Assembly (NCBI GenBank): GCA_024277435.1
Contig: JAJRVJ010000031.1
Location: forward strand, 11 to 64,010
Length of the DNA: 64,000 bases
Direction: 5' to 3'
From: Patescibacteria group bacterium
Lineage (GTDB): Bacteria > Patescibacteriota > Patescibacteriia > UBA9570
Shown: piece by piece, positions 29,629 to 38,414 of the stretch
Layout of the letters: each line of letters begins with the position of its first letter
Position numbering within the stretch: position 1 is the stretch's first letter
Translations under genes and position numbers: made by a program
The notes under the pieces: generated by a model
The model's database searches: none
What the model saw: the letters and a program-made list of their open reading frames with translations, nothing else
Told to the model about the DNA's origin: nothing

Positions 29629-29814
29629 ATGAAAACTCTAAAATGCGACTTATGCGGAGTAACAGCGGACGGTGAAACATTCGAAGGATGGATGCAGGCA
29701 CTTATGCCACATTACATGGAAGCGCATGCTGATGTAATGAAGGATCCGAGCCATGGTGAGGAAGAAAAGCAAAAATGGATGGCGGAAAATAAGGCACGGT
29801 TTGACGCTGTATAA
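29629..29814 (+). CDS. small DUF1059-like metal-binding protein
   Basis: MKTLKCDLC...HYMEAH. Confidence 0.7.
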   Translation: MKTLKCDLCGVTADGETFEGWMQALMPHYMEAHADVMKDPSHGEEEKQKWMAENKARFDAV

Positions 29815-29920
29815 AATGCCAATCCTGCATATTCCAGCGCGATTTCATCCATAGGTAATGTTGATAAATTATGCTCTAAAATATCAGCTAGCTGAGGAAT
29901 TTCTGAATCTAATTCGTCTA

Positions 29921-30280
29921 TCAAAGTGTAAATGGACCTACCCAGTATACACCTAACGGATCATAAAACTGCTCAACCACATATTCTTCTCCGCAGAAAT
30001 ATGCTGTACGAGAAAATCCACCACCTACAACCAACTGATCAGCTATGTTAGTAAATAGCTCAACTTTCTCTACGCTATCATCTCCGTTTATGCATTCCAT
30101 ACGTGGGTTAAGTACGTTTGGGCCATCCAAAAATTGAATATTCGTAGTCTGCAATGTTGTATAATCGTGTGTTCCATTACGAAATATTTTTTCTGGGTCA
30201 GAATATTTGATATATAGGTAATACGATCACGCTGCTCCTTAGATGCCATCACGTTCAGATGTATACAAAATATACTAGTT
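29921..30280 (-). pseudogene. degraded hypothetical gene
   Basis: frame of ORF 29921-30154 extends upstream through two stops (YTSERDGI*GAA*SYYLYIKYSDPEK...). Confidence 0.4.
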
Positions 30281-30373
30281 TGTATACATTCGATCAATAA
30301 ATATACTGATTTAATGGAAGAGTTATAAAACCTAAAGCGACCAGAACCTACCGGAAAGATGTATAGTGGTTAA

Positions 30374-30940
30374 CTATTTGTTTTTTTGCGGATGATAATC
30401 TTTTTGCCACACACCCTCGTCAAGCTTAGTATATCCAGCTGCTTCTAAAATGGGTTGAAATACATTATTCCATTGTGTGGAGTTGAGTCCTCCATCTGCT
30501 TCAGGATAATCTTCAGAACGCTCGGCTATGTCGCAAATAGACTTGTTTAACGCATTGGCTCTATGCTGTAAGTATGCGCGCATACTGGCATATAGCTTAC
30601 GGCCAACAGCCACCCCTTTCAAATCATCTGTATTTCGTAACAGCTTAGCCACACCCATATCAGACTTTAAACCTTCCTCTTCATAAATATGTATGTATCC
30701 TTTATACGCAATCTGGCTATTCCAGGATACGTAAAAACGAATGAGCTCTTCCCCTTGAGCATTATGGTGTTCGCGAGAAGCCTCAATAAAAAATTCATGT
30801 CCGCTGGCTTCAAAAGAAAATTCTCCATATTCCCCCGCTTTTTCAGCATCTCTAAATGGAGTGTCACGTTCAGTCCAATTAAATGATCTAAAATCCATTA
30901 GTGCTTTAGGTGGATTAAACTGTCTTCGTTCTAATTGCAT
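30374..30940 (-). CDS. hypothetical protein (possible GNAT-like fold)
   Basis: 188-aa ORF; LKGVAVGRKLY and LEAAGYTK recall GNAT motifs A and B. Confidence 0.6.
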   Translation of the reverse strand: MQLERRQFNPPKALMDFRSFNWTERDTPFRDAEKAGEYGEFSFEASGHEFFIEASREHHNAQGEELIRFYVSWNSQIAYKGYIHIYEEEGLKSDMGVAKLLRNTDDLKGVAVGRKLYASMRAYLQHRANALNKSICDIAERSEDYPEADGGLNSTQWNNVFQPILEAAGYTKLDEGVWQKDYHPQKNK

Positions 30941-31093
30941 TATAATATGTTGATTGTATGATATATCCTTCTGTAGTATATCAAGATTTTCGTCACTGTA
31001 AATAAATTAGGGGGTGTTGAGAAAAGGAACGAAGGAAACGATAGTGGGCGGCGCGGGAGACACGTTTTTAAACTTTGTACTAGTTGGTAGAGG

Positions 31094-32188
31094 TTATGGG
31101 ACGATTTTTGAACTTTTAGCTATGTTTGAAATGCGTAGTGCTAGATTATCAATAATTAAACGCATTAATTCTTTTGCATACACTTCATCTTCATCATTAA
31201 ACCAAATGAGGCCTGGCGTGATATTGCCCTTAATAAAATATATATGTCCGGTGCTGCTCTTGATAAAATCTAAAGCATAAAAACCGTCGTTAACTGGTAA
31301 CTGATCATTAATGTTCTTGGCCATACGTAATACACCTTTAGGAATATTGGTCAACGGTACATATACAACCGTGCTTCCACTACTTGCATTTGCTTTAAAT
31401 TCCCCAGGCTTGGGAATTCTTATATAACACTGAGTTATTTTTCCTGAGCAGACAATTACCCGTAAATCTATATTACCGCGAAGCTTTGAAAATTTAAAAC
31501 CAGATGCAGTAATTAGAGGTTGAAGTATATACAATATTGATATGTCGCGGTTACCAATACTCTGTAATTTAGTATCATTTGTAACTTTAAACACATTAGC
31601 ACCGCCTGCTCCATATTGATCTTTTAATACATATGAATCTGTAAAGTCTCCTGGATACTCATGAACTATCATTTTATTATGCAATTTCTCTTTAGCAGCT
31701 ATAATGCCAACGCCAGATTCAACGGATATTTTTACGGTGGGTATTGCAAATTCAGTAAACGTTTTATATGTTTTTAATTTATTGTCGAACACCTCACGAA
31801 TACGCTGATTATGAAAGAATATATATTCATTATTATTCGAGCGTAATTTTGTATTAAATTTCGCATTATATGTTTCTAGATTTGAAAACTTATCAAAAAT
31901 TATTTTCGTACTCGCTGTTTTATTTATTAGCTGCCATTTTTTGTTATACACCCATACTGCGGAAAATTTCCCACTATCAGTGATATCATACGTACTGACA
32001 AATGCAGCGCGTAGACCAATAGTTTTACAATAGCCTAAGAAATATTCATAACATTCATTATATGAATAATGTCCACCATTTTTTGAAAATGGTGACTGCT
32101 CAGTATATTCTGTATCACTAGCCCCCTCAGCAATAAATCCATCATACACGATTACTGCATCAAATTCTTCGACCTCTTCCATACGCAT
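31094..32188 (-). CDS. ATP-grasp (RimK-like) protein
   Basis: DNKLKTY, VLKDQYGAGGANV, ILQPLI, DLRVIV, FKAN..G, ALDF; the usual ExN reads KGN. Confidence 0.8.
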   Translation of the reverse strand: MRMEEVEEFDAVIVYDGFIAEGASDTEYTEQSPFSKNGGHYSYNECYEYFLGYCKTIGLRAAFVSTYDITDSGKFSAVWVYNKKWQLINKTASTKIIFDKFSNLETYNAKFNTKLRSNNNEYIFFHNQRIREVFDNKLKTYKTFTEFAIPTVKISVESGVGIIAAKEKLHNKMIVHEYPGDFTDSYVLKDQYGAGGANVFKVTNDTKLQSIGNRDISILYILQPLITASGFKFSKLRGNIDLRVIVCSGKITQCYIRIPKPGEFKANASSGSTVVYVPLTNIPKGVLRMAKNINDQLPVNDGFYALDFIKSSTGHIYFIKGNITPGLIWFNDEDEVYAKELMRLIIDNLALRISNIAKSSKIVP

Positions 32189-32400
32189 TCCGTTACAAAT
32201 AAAAATACTAGCAGCCCTATACTGTTTACAACAAAAAACACCATGAGCTAAATGTGATCTACCAATATGGTAACTCTTAAATTGTACTTATGCAGAACAA
32301 TGACTATCTGCAAACATAGAGCACAATATGCATTCGAAAACAGTATAGCGTAAAACGGCTTAAAAATCAATGATGCGGTGTTATTGGGAGGAATTTCGAA

Positions 32401-33114
32401 CTACTTCTTTCGATATGGCGCCATAAATTCATCATATATTCTCTTTAATTCATCCTTAAAAAAACCAGATGGATCTTCAACGTTTTTATACAAAAAAATA
32501 TCCAAGGTACGCTTAGCCTTCGCAATATTAGTACCAATATGTTTTTCAGATACATCAAATTCAATGTTATCCATATCGCCAACTACAAAATCTAACTTAA
32601 CATCATCTTCTGAATCATCAACTAGAATAAAGTATGCATCTGAATCAATAAGCATCCTCTTTTCTCCTGTCTCACGTGCATGCTCTAAATATGTCCTTAC
32701 AAAATCTTCAAAACCTGGTAATGCTATTATCTTTGGTTTGTTAAAATCAGACAATCTGGAACCTTCCGTGTTCGTTCCAATACATGTTATATCATCACTA
32801 TGTGCAAACGTCATTAATACACTCTTTTTGTCCTCACTTATTCTATACGTAGGTAATACTTTTGCACCAAGCTCCTTGGCTCGTGTATGATTATTAAACG
32901 CAGAAACAGCCTTTTCTTCAGGACTACGTTTACCACCCCCAGAAAGAGGTCTTTCATTAAACTTCTTCTGAATAAAACGCCTTTCTTTTCCATTAATACT
33001 AGCTGTGACATCAAAAATATCTCCATAAAGTCCGCCGCTAATTCGTTGCTCATTCAGTATCTCTACGGAGGTTGATTGTTCTGGCTTTTTGTAGAATCGT
33101 TCTGTTCTCATCAT
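32401..33114 (-). CDS. hypothetical protein with kinase-like N-lobe
   Basis: ISGGLYGDIF glycine loop, FIQK, GDMD; ATG preceded by TGGTAGGAT. Confidence 0.55.
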   Translation of the reverse strand: MMRTERFYKKPEQSTSVEILNEQRISGGLYGDIFDVTASINGKERRFIQKKFNERPLSGGGKRSPEEKAVSAFNNHTRAKELGAKVLPTYRISEDKKSVLMTFAHSDDITCIGTNTEGSRLSDFNKPKIIALPGFEDFVRTYLEHARETGEKRMLIDSDAYFILVDDSEDDVKLDFVVGDMDNIEFDVSEKHIGTNIAKAKRTLDIFLYKNVEDPSGFFKDELKRIYDEFMAPYRKK

Positions 33115-33227
33115 GAAAATATCCTACCATATGGCGAAAGAATAATAAATCACGTTTTTAACAAGACTTCATTGACATTGGATTTTTCGAACATAGAAGC
33201 CGTTAACAATAGCGGCTTAGGAGGTGT

Positions 33228-33331
33228 AGGGGTAGCAGGATTCGGTGCCCGGGGTTAGCGGTCGCGTGCCGCTGGCACCCGCCCGATCGCTCGATTACAT
33301 CTCGCTTCTAACCCTTCTCATCCTGTACCCC
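33228..33331. repeat. tRNA-Trp 3'-end duplication forming a GC-rich branched palindrome
   Basis: aggggtagcaggattcg (33228-33244) is identical to 33376-33392; closed by inverted atcctgtacccc; inner stem ggtgcc/ggcacc. Confidence 0.75.
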
Positions 33332-33336
33332 AAATA

Positions 33337-33368
33337 AAAATACCTCAGCCTAATGGCTGAAGTATTTT
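33337..33368 (-). terminator. terminator after tRNA-Trp
   Basis: aaaatacctcagcc-taat-ggctgaagtatttt. Confidence 0.75.
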
Positions 33369-33374
33369 CATGTG

Positions 33375-33448
33375 CAGGGGTAGCAGGATTCGAACCCGCG
33401 ACGCCTGGTTTTGGAGACCAGCGCTCTGGCCAGCTGAGCTATACCCCT
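33375..33448 (-). tRNA. trnW: tRNA-Trp (CCA)
   Basis: cloverleaf AGGGGTA..CTGGT-CTCCAAA-ACCAG..GTTCGAATC..TACCCCT. Confidence 0.96.
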
Positions 33449-33634
33449 AATTTGCACTGCTATAGCGCGATGATTACTATATCAATTCTACACAAAAAGT
33501 AAAGTGAAGATAGTAATGAATTTCCTCAGGAAACGACTTCAGATGTACGATGTCTAACGCCCTGAGCCCTGGATAGGGTGAGACCTTCATGATCAACCCC
33601 TGGGTATTTTAGTAATTATTATGATTGTCTATGC

Positions 33635-34021
33635 CTACTGCACTATACTACCAATGAGATAGTTTTCTTTTAAGGCCTTTGCAACTGGAGAGTGAGTACC
33701 TTCACCACCCCGACTATTAAACATCTCTGTTGCATCTACGCCACAACCATTCAGTATAGATTTTTTTCCTGGATGTATATCTACATAATCAGTTACATCA
33801 TACACCTGATCATCAATAATCATCCAACAGTCATCCGCAGTGACATGCTTAGCAACTTAAGCTTCAGTGAATTCACTCTCGATAACCACATCCGTTATTG
33901 AATCAGATGAAGTATTTACATTCTCGTTAGCATTCGTGTTGGTAGTAGTATCTGTTGTTCGAGCACAACCAGCTAATGCTAGCAATAATATACTACAAAG
34001 AAGTAATAAAAATTTCTTCAT
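33635..34021 (-). pseudogene. cytochrome b5-like lipoprotein with one in-frame TAA
   Basis: MKKFLLLL..LAGC lipobox, FTEA*VAKH..DCWMIIDDQVYDVT..HPG..GTHS; TAA at 33857-33859. Confidence 0.85.
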
Positions 34022-34042
34022 GCACACTACTTGCTAAAAAAA

Positions 34043-34204
34043 TTATTTAATCTCCTTATGTGGCATATGTTTACCACATTTAGGACAATGTTTCTTCAAT
34101 TCAAGCTTACCAGCTTGTTGAAGTTTTTTCTTATTCTTCTGCGTATAGTAATTGATGCTCTTACACTCCTCACACTGCATCTTCGTTAATCTATCTTGTG
34201 ACAT
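34043..34204 (-). CDS. rpmG: 50S ribosomal protein L33 (Zn-binding form)
   Basis: MSQDRLTKMQCEECKSINYYTQKNKKK..KLELKKHCPKCGKHMPHKEIK; below the ORF-track length cut-off. Confidence 0.95.
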   Translation of the reverse strand: MSQDRLTKMQCEECKSINYYTQKNKKKLQQAGKLELKKHCPKCGKHMPHKEIK

Positions 34205-34267
34205 ATTCTATATATATTCGGTTAATTGACTTGAACTATAGTATCGTAATTGTTGAATAAAATCAAG

Positions 34268-34343
34268 TGGAGCCACCTCGGGGACTCGAACCCCGGACCA
34301 ATAGTTTACAAAACTACTGCTCTACCAACTGAGCTAAGGTGGC
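34268..34343 (-). tRNA. trnT: tRNA-Thr (TGT)
   Basis: GCCACCT..GTAGT-TTTGTAA-ACTAT..GTTCGAGT..AGGTGGCTCCA. Confidence 0.95.
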
Positions 34344-34350
34344 GTATTTA

Positions 34351-35259
34351 TTACGTTTTTGCTGTTAATTCAGCAAAGGCCAGATGCCACATGTTATAGA
34401 GAAACGTATTTTTAATACCTCTAATAACCAGGCCAACAGTGAAAAGAACTAGTAGAGCGAGAGCAATGACTATTCCTGCTCCAACCCAACCTGTCGAAGT
34501 ATATAAAATAAACCCTAAAATGGCAAGTGGTAACGCAATAAGTAGTATAATGCCGAAGGTCACAAACCCAACAACAATACGAACGAGTAATTCGAGCAGG
34601 AATACAACAATACTATCACTGAGGTTATTTTTGAATAGTTGCCAACCTTTTTTTAGACTATCAATTATTTTCTCGTCATGAAATACAACATATTGAGTAG
34701 CATATGCCATCACGGTACGAATAATACCTCCAGTTGGTAGGGCTAGTATCAATAAGATAATCACTACAGGAATTACGATAATTAATCCTATAATCGTAAT
34801 CGCTAGCAATATAAGTGGAATCGCAATGATGAGGCCAACAATTCCTAACGCAATAGATACCAATACGTGCAATCCAAGTACCGGCCAGAACTTTTTCCAG
34901 CCACCCTTCATCATGTCACCAAAACGCACTTTTTCTTTGCCTTGCCGAGCTTGATCGGCACCATAATATAATCCACCAATTGCGATGTAATGCAGAACAG
35001 CTGTTATAACGATAAGCAAAAATACAAGTACACCCAGAATTAGAAATGACCACCAAAACTGGAAGAAAAAATCTGCTACATCAAATCCAGAACCGAATAC
35101 TTCATTTACTGAAGAATCAAACTCTTCGGTTGAAATATCACCGCTTGGAATATTGAAACTACCTCCGCCGCCAGCAAGAATCATCATGCCAAGCCACCAC
35201 ATAGATTTGTGTTTTTTGGTGGTTTCAAAGGATTGTCGTAATAACTTTCCGTATTCCAT
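34351..35259 (-). CDS. polytopic membrane protein (GPDPase-membrane/DUF7544-like)
   Basis: MEYGKLLRQSF..WWLG, SLKKGWQLFKNN, many TM helices. Confidence 0.7.
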   Translation of the reverse strand: MEYGKLLRQSFETTKKHKSMWWLGMMILAGGGGSFNIPSGDISTEEFDSSVNEVFGSGFDVADFFFQFWWSFLILGVLVFLLIVITAVLHYIAIGGLYYGADQARQGKEKVRFGDMMKGGWKKFWPVLGLHVLVSIALGIVGLIIAIPLILLAITIIGLIIVIPVVIILLILALPTGGIIRTVMAYATQYVVFHDEKIIDSLKKGWQLFKNNLSDSIVVFLLELLVRIVVGFVTFGIILLIALPLAILGFILYTSTGWVGAGIVIALALLVLFTVGLVIRGIKNTFLYNMWHLAFAELTAKT

Positions 35260-35270
35260 ATATCATTGCT

Positions 35271-35689
35271 TGCCCTCCGAAGGAACGCAGGAGGGTGGGC
35301 AGGGAGGGTCCGCCTACGTCACCTACCAGTGACTTCGGAGGATAAAATTCGTTTATAGAGAAAACTTTTTCCCGATCCTTTTTTAAAGTATTTTTCTAAA
35401 TCTACAGCAGCTACTTTATTCTTTACAGCAAAATAAGCTTCAAGCTCTATTTTACCACGCTTTGCTGTATTTGATACCATGCCGCTGCGATACTCACTTA
35501 AGCGTCTTTGAAGATTGTTAGTAAATCCGACGTACAAATATCCATCGCGCTGACACCGTAATACATACACATAAATATATGCATATTCATGGATTAATTG
35601 TTAAGGATCGGACGCCTATGATTCAAGCCCAGTTTTGAGGGCCTGCCCTCCGAAGCTCCGAAGGAGCGCAGGAGGGTGGGCAGGGAGGG
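35271..35689 (-). mobile_element. GIY-YIG mini-element at the tRNA-Tyr 3' end bounded by 34-bp direct repeats
   Basis: 35275-35308 vs 35656-35689 (1 mismatch), including the tRNA acceptor strand. Confidence 0.65.
35319..35570 (-). CDS. GIY-YIG nuclease family protein (start uncertain)
   Basis: YVLR..LYVGFTNNLQRRL..LEKYFKKGSGK; the nearest upstream ATGs are out of frame. Confidence 0.8.
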   Translation of the reverse strand: MYVLRCQRDGYLYVGFTNNLQRRLSEYRSGMVSNTAKRGKIELEAYFAVKNKVAAVDLEKYFKKGSGKSFLYKRILSSEVTGR

Positions 35690-35759
35690 ATTCGAACCCC
35701 CGTAGACCGAAGTCGCCTGGTTTACAGCCAGGTGCAATTGACCACTCTGCCACCTACCC
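35677..35759 (-). tRNA. trnY: tRNA-Tyr (GTA)
   Basis: GGGTAGG..CCTGG-CTGTAAA-CCAGG, long variable arm, GTTCGAATC. Confidence 0.95.
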
Positions 35760-35880
35760 AAGATCAATTTGTGCCAAAGTACTATACCATTTTAGAAAAT
35801 TTGGTCAAGTTATTGTTTTAATACAAGTGATATATGTTATACTGCTATTAACAGTCTTTCTATCATTAAATCTTTTTATC

Positions 35881-36783
35881 ATGATTAAACGAATGAGTAT
35901 ATTGGCCTCTACATTGTTTTTAGGTCTATCTATCGGAGTACAATCTGTTCACGCTGTAGCCGGCGTAGACACCAATCCAATTAGTGATGTCACAATAGAC
36001 GCCACCTTCTTAGTTACCGAAACTAATTCAACCTACACCGTTGAATTTACACTTGATGAAGATTTAGACCCGGCAGACTTTGAAAAGACTGGAACTATTA
36101 CCACTCCACAAATCACATTTTTTGCCACATTTGAAGGTAACGATAATGCTGGCAGTAATATCAATTTTAGTAATGCGATTGGGAATGTAGATGACGTTTT
36201 GAGTACCTATGTATTGGGTATGACCTTCCAAGATGATAGCTTTGTATTAGAAATGAATAGCGGCGATACACTACCAGCTGGCACCTATACCATTACGCTT
36301 ACGGGAGTAAATTCGCAAACCATTAATAATGGTTTTCAATCTCATCAAATTGGCGCAGCAATTTTTGGATTCCTAGGGACAGATGATTATTGTGGAAATC
36401 AATATGATAGAGCCAATGATGAATTCTTATGTACAATGAGTGCACCCTTCTTATTACAAAATGATGATTGGGCTGATAAATTTGGTAAGCTTGTTGTTAA
36501 GAAAGTAAAAAAACGGAAAGCTACTATTGATTGGCAATATTCTAACTACTGGGGCAACGCTGATAAAATTAAAATACAATTACGAAAACGCAATGGTAAA
36601 CTTGTAAAAAACTTTACTATTAATCAAAATCAACTGTATATGGGGAAAGAAAATCTTACGATTTCAAAAAAGTATTTGAAAAAAGGTAGGAAATATAAAG
36701 TACGAGCCAAATCCTATTACAGCACCGGTGATAAAACAACCTGGGGTAAGTATAAAAAATTCAAAACTAAGGGTAAGAAATAA
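35881..36783 (+). CDS. secreted protein with C-terminal Lys-rich FN3-like domain
   Basis: signal peptide (VHA-V); acidic N-domain; LKKGRKYKVRAK..WGKYKKFKT; start reset to ATG 35881. Confidence 0.75.
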   Translation: MIKRMSILASTLFLGLSIGVQSVHAVAGVDTNPISDVTIDATFLVTETNSTYTVEFTLDEDLDPADFEKTGTITTPQITFFATFEGNDNAGSNINFSNAIGNVDDVLSTYVLGMTFQDDSFVLEMNSGDTLPAGTYTITLTGVNSQTINNGFQSHQIGAAIFGFLGTDDYCGNQYDRANDEFLCTMSAPFLLQNDDWADKFGKLVVKKVKKRKATIDWQYSNYWGNADKIKIQLRKRNGKLVKNFTINQNQLYMGKENLTISKKYLKKGRKYKVRAKSYYSTGDKTTWGKYKKFKTKGKK

Positions 36784-37146
36784 TTATTCTACGATAGCCG
36801 TTACTTGACCCAATATACTAGTCACTGGCAATACTCCAAAAGCACGACTGTCGTTACTATGATCTGCATTGAGTCCGCGCACTTCCACTTGATTATCATG
36901 AATCGCGTGTACATACTTAACTAAAACCCTATCTACCTGAAGGGGGTGTTGCACTAATACAACATTCCATTTTTGAATAGTGCAATTACTAATATGCTCT
37001 ACTAATACAAAATCCCCTGCCTTGAATACAGGCTCCATTGAATGCCCCGAAACTTGATAGCGTTTGCGTTTACGAAACAGCCAGAGTAAAAATTCTCTGG
37101 CTGTAATCTTGTATCGATTTCTCGTAATAGAACTATGCACTGGCAA
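36784..37146 (-). CDS. sodX: nickel-type SOD maturation protease (S26)
   Basis: VSGHSMEP, VLVK, GLNADHSNDSRAFG; adjacent to sodN. Confidence 0.88.
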   Translation of the reverse strand: MPVHSSITRNRYKITAREFLLWLFRKRKRYQVSGHSMEPVFKAGDFVLVEHISNCTIQKWNVVLVQHPLQVDRVLVKYVHAIHDNQVEVRGLNADHSNDSRAFGVLPVTSILGQVTAIVE

Positions 37147-37606
37147 CTACCCAATCAACATTTTTACCCTTAGCCTTCCAAAACATTGTATGCACCTTTT
37201 CAACAGCCTGCATGAGTTCTTCAGCATGCTGCACACTTACTTCATGTTTACAGGCTGATGTAAGCTTGGCTGCTTTCCAAAATACATCATGTAAGTCTGG
37301 AAATTTTTCTAAGTGCTCTGGTTTAAAAAAGTCTGTCCATAATACCAAGAGATGTTCCTTAGTTTTATAGGCCTCATCTTCTTTGATAAGAATATAGCGA
37401 GTGAGCGTGTTCTGGTAATGCAGCATCGCTTCTTTATCAGAGGAATCTGGCATTTCTAGCTCTACGATTTTCTTCGTCATAGCCAACACCGCTTCGGCAG
37501 CCACCCGAGCTTGAGCTGGATCGTATACTCCACACGGACCATCACAATGGGCGTGCACTTGTGGTGCAGGAGCGATTGTATTCAACATTCTTAATAACTG
37601 CTTCAT
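37133..37606 (-). CDS. sodN: nickel superoxide dismutase precursor
   Basis: Ni-hook AHCDGPCGVYDP after a propeptide; LWTDFFKP. Confidence 0.96.
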   Translation of the reverse strand: MKQLLRMLNTIAPAPQVHAHCDGPCGVYDPAQARVAAEAVLAMTKKIVELEMPDSSDKEAMLHYQNTLTRYILIKEDEAYKTKEHLLVLWTDFFKPEHLEKFPDLHDVFWKAAKLTSACKHEVSVQHAEELMQAVEKVHTMFWKAKGKNVDWVVASA

Positions 37607-37627
37607 AATAGTTGTAAATATATGTAA

Positions 37628-37849
37628 TTAATCTGTGTGCATTGTAACTTTCCTGCGTCGCTTAATCGCTACATATATAACTGTAAACGCAAATACTAGA
37701 CTAATAATAGGAACGGCATGCTCCAGATTAATTAGATAGTGAATGAAGGACTCAGCCTCTTGATCAACAACCCCATGACCAGCATCAGCATTGACAATAA
37801 TTGGGGCCATTAGTGCGATAGTACTTGCTATGTATATGTGTTTACGCAT
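37628..37849 (-). CDS. small membrane protein
   Basis: signal peptide, ADAGH, one TM, KRRRK. Confidence 0.6.
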   Translation of the reverse strand: MRKHIYIASTIALMAPIIVNADAGHGVVDQEAESFIHYLINLEHAVPIISLVFAFTVIYVAIKRRRKVTMHTD

Positions 37850-37860
37850 AAATAAAAATA

Positions 37861-38214
37861 TTAATTAATTTTAAGTAATTCAACTTCAAATTTCAACGTT
37901 GCATTTGGTGGAATCGGTCCTACTCCTCGATCGCCATAAGCTAAATCGGGAGCAATAATTAATGTACGCTTTGTTCCTACCTGCATTCCAGCCACTCCAC
38001 GATCCCATCCTTCAATTACTTGTCCAGCTCCTAGATTAAAAATAAACGGTTGCTTACGCTCTACTGAGCTATCAAAAACGGTACCATCCTCTAAATATCC
38101 TGTATAATGCACGGTAACTTCGTTACCTGGAACAGCGAGATCACCTTTACCTGCACTCTCATTAAGATGATGTAAACCTTCGGTAATTTTTGTATATCCT
38201 GTTAAATCAAACAT
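37861..38214 (-). CDS. FKBP-type peptidyl-prolyl isomerase
   Basis: [42 protein letters not shown]. Confidence 0.95.
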   Translation of the reverse strand: MFDLTGYTKITEGLHHLNESAGKGDLAVPGNEVTVHYTGYLEDGTVFDSSVERKQPFIFNLGAGQVIEGWDRGVAGMQVGTKRTLIIAPDLAYGDRGVGPIPPNATLKFEVELLKIN

Positions 38215-38231
38215 GACATTGTATTAATTAT

Positions 38232-38396
38232 TTATGAAATCCATTGAAAATCTTCGTCGGTTGGACAGCATGGCACATCTTCATTGGTAGTAGTTTGCGA
38301 AAGGATAAGCCAACCCATAAGACCACCAATTATAAGAATCGCTACAACGATCATGATAATCATTTTGATACCCCCGTATTGTTCCACTCTATTCAT
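38232..38396 (-). CDS. 54-aa single-TM protein not in the ORF track
   Basis: TGCTATACT-6 nt-ATG; MNRVEQYGGIKMIIMIVVAILIIGGLMGWLILSQTTTNEDVPCCPTDEDFQWIS. Confidence 0.6.
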   Translation of the reverse strand: MNRVEQYGGIKMIIMIVVAILIIGGLMGWLILSQTTTNEDVPCCPTDEDFQWIS

Positions 38397-38414
38397 ACCT
38401 ATAGTATAGCAATA

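Noticed and set aside
35635-35880. N-terminal extension of ORF 35635-36783
   Set aside because: Runs antisense through tRNA-Tyr; the signal peptide starts at ATG 35881
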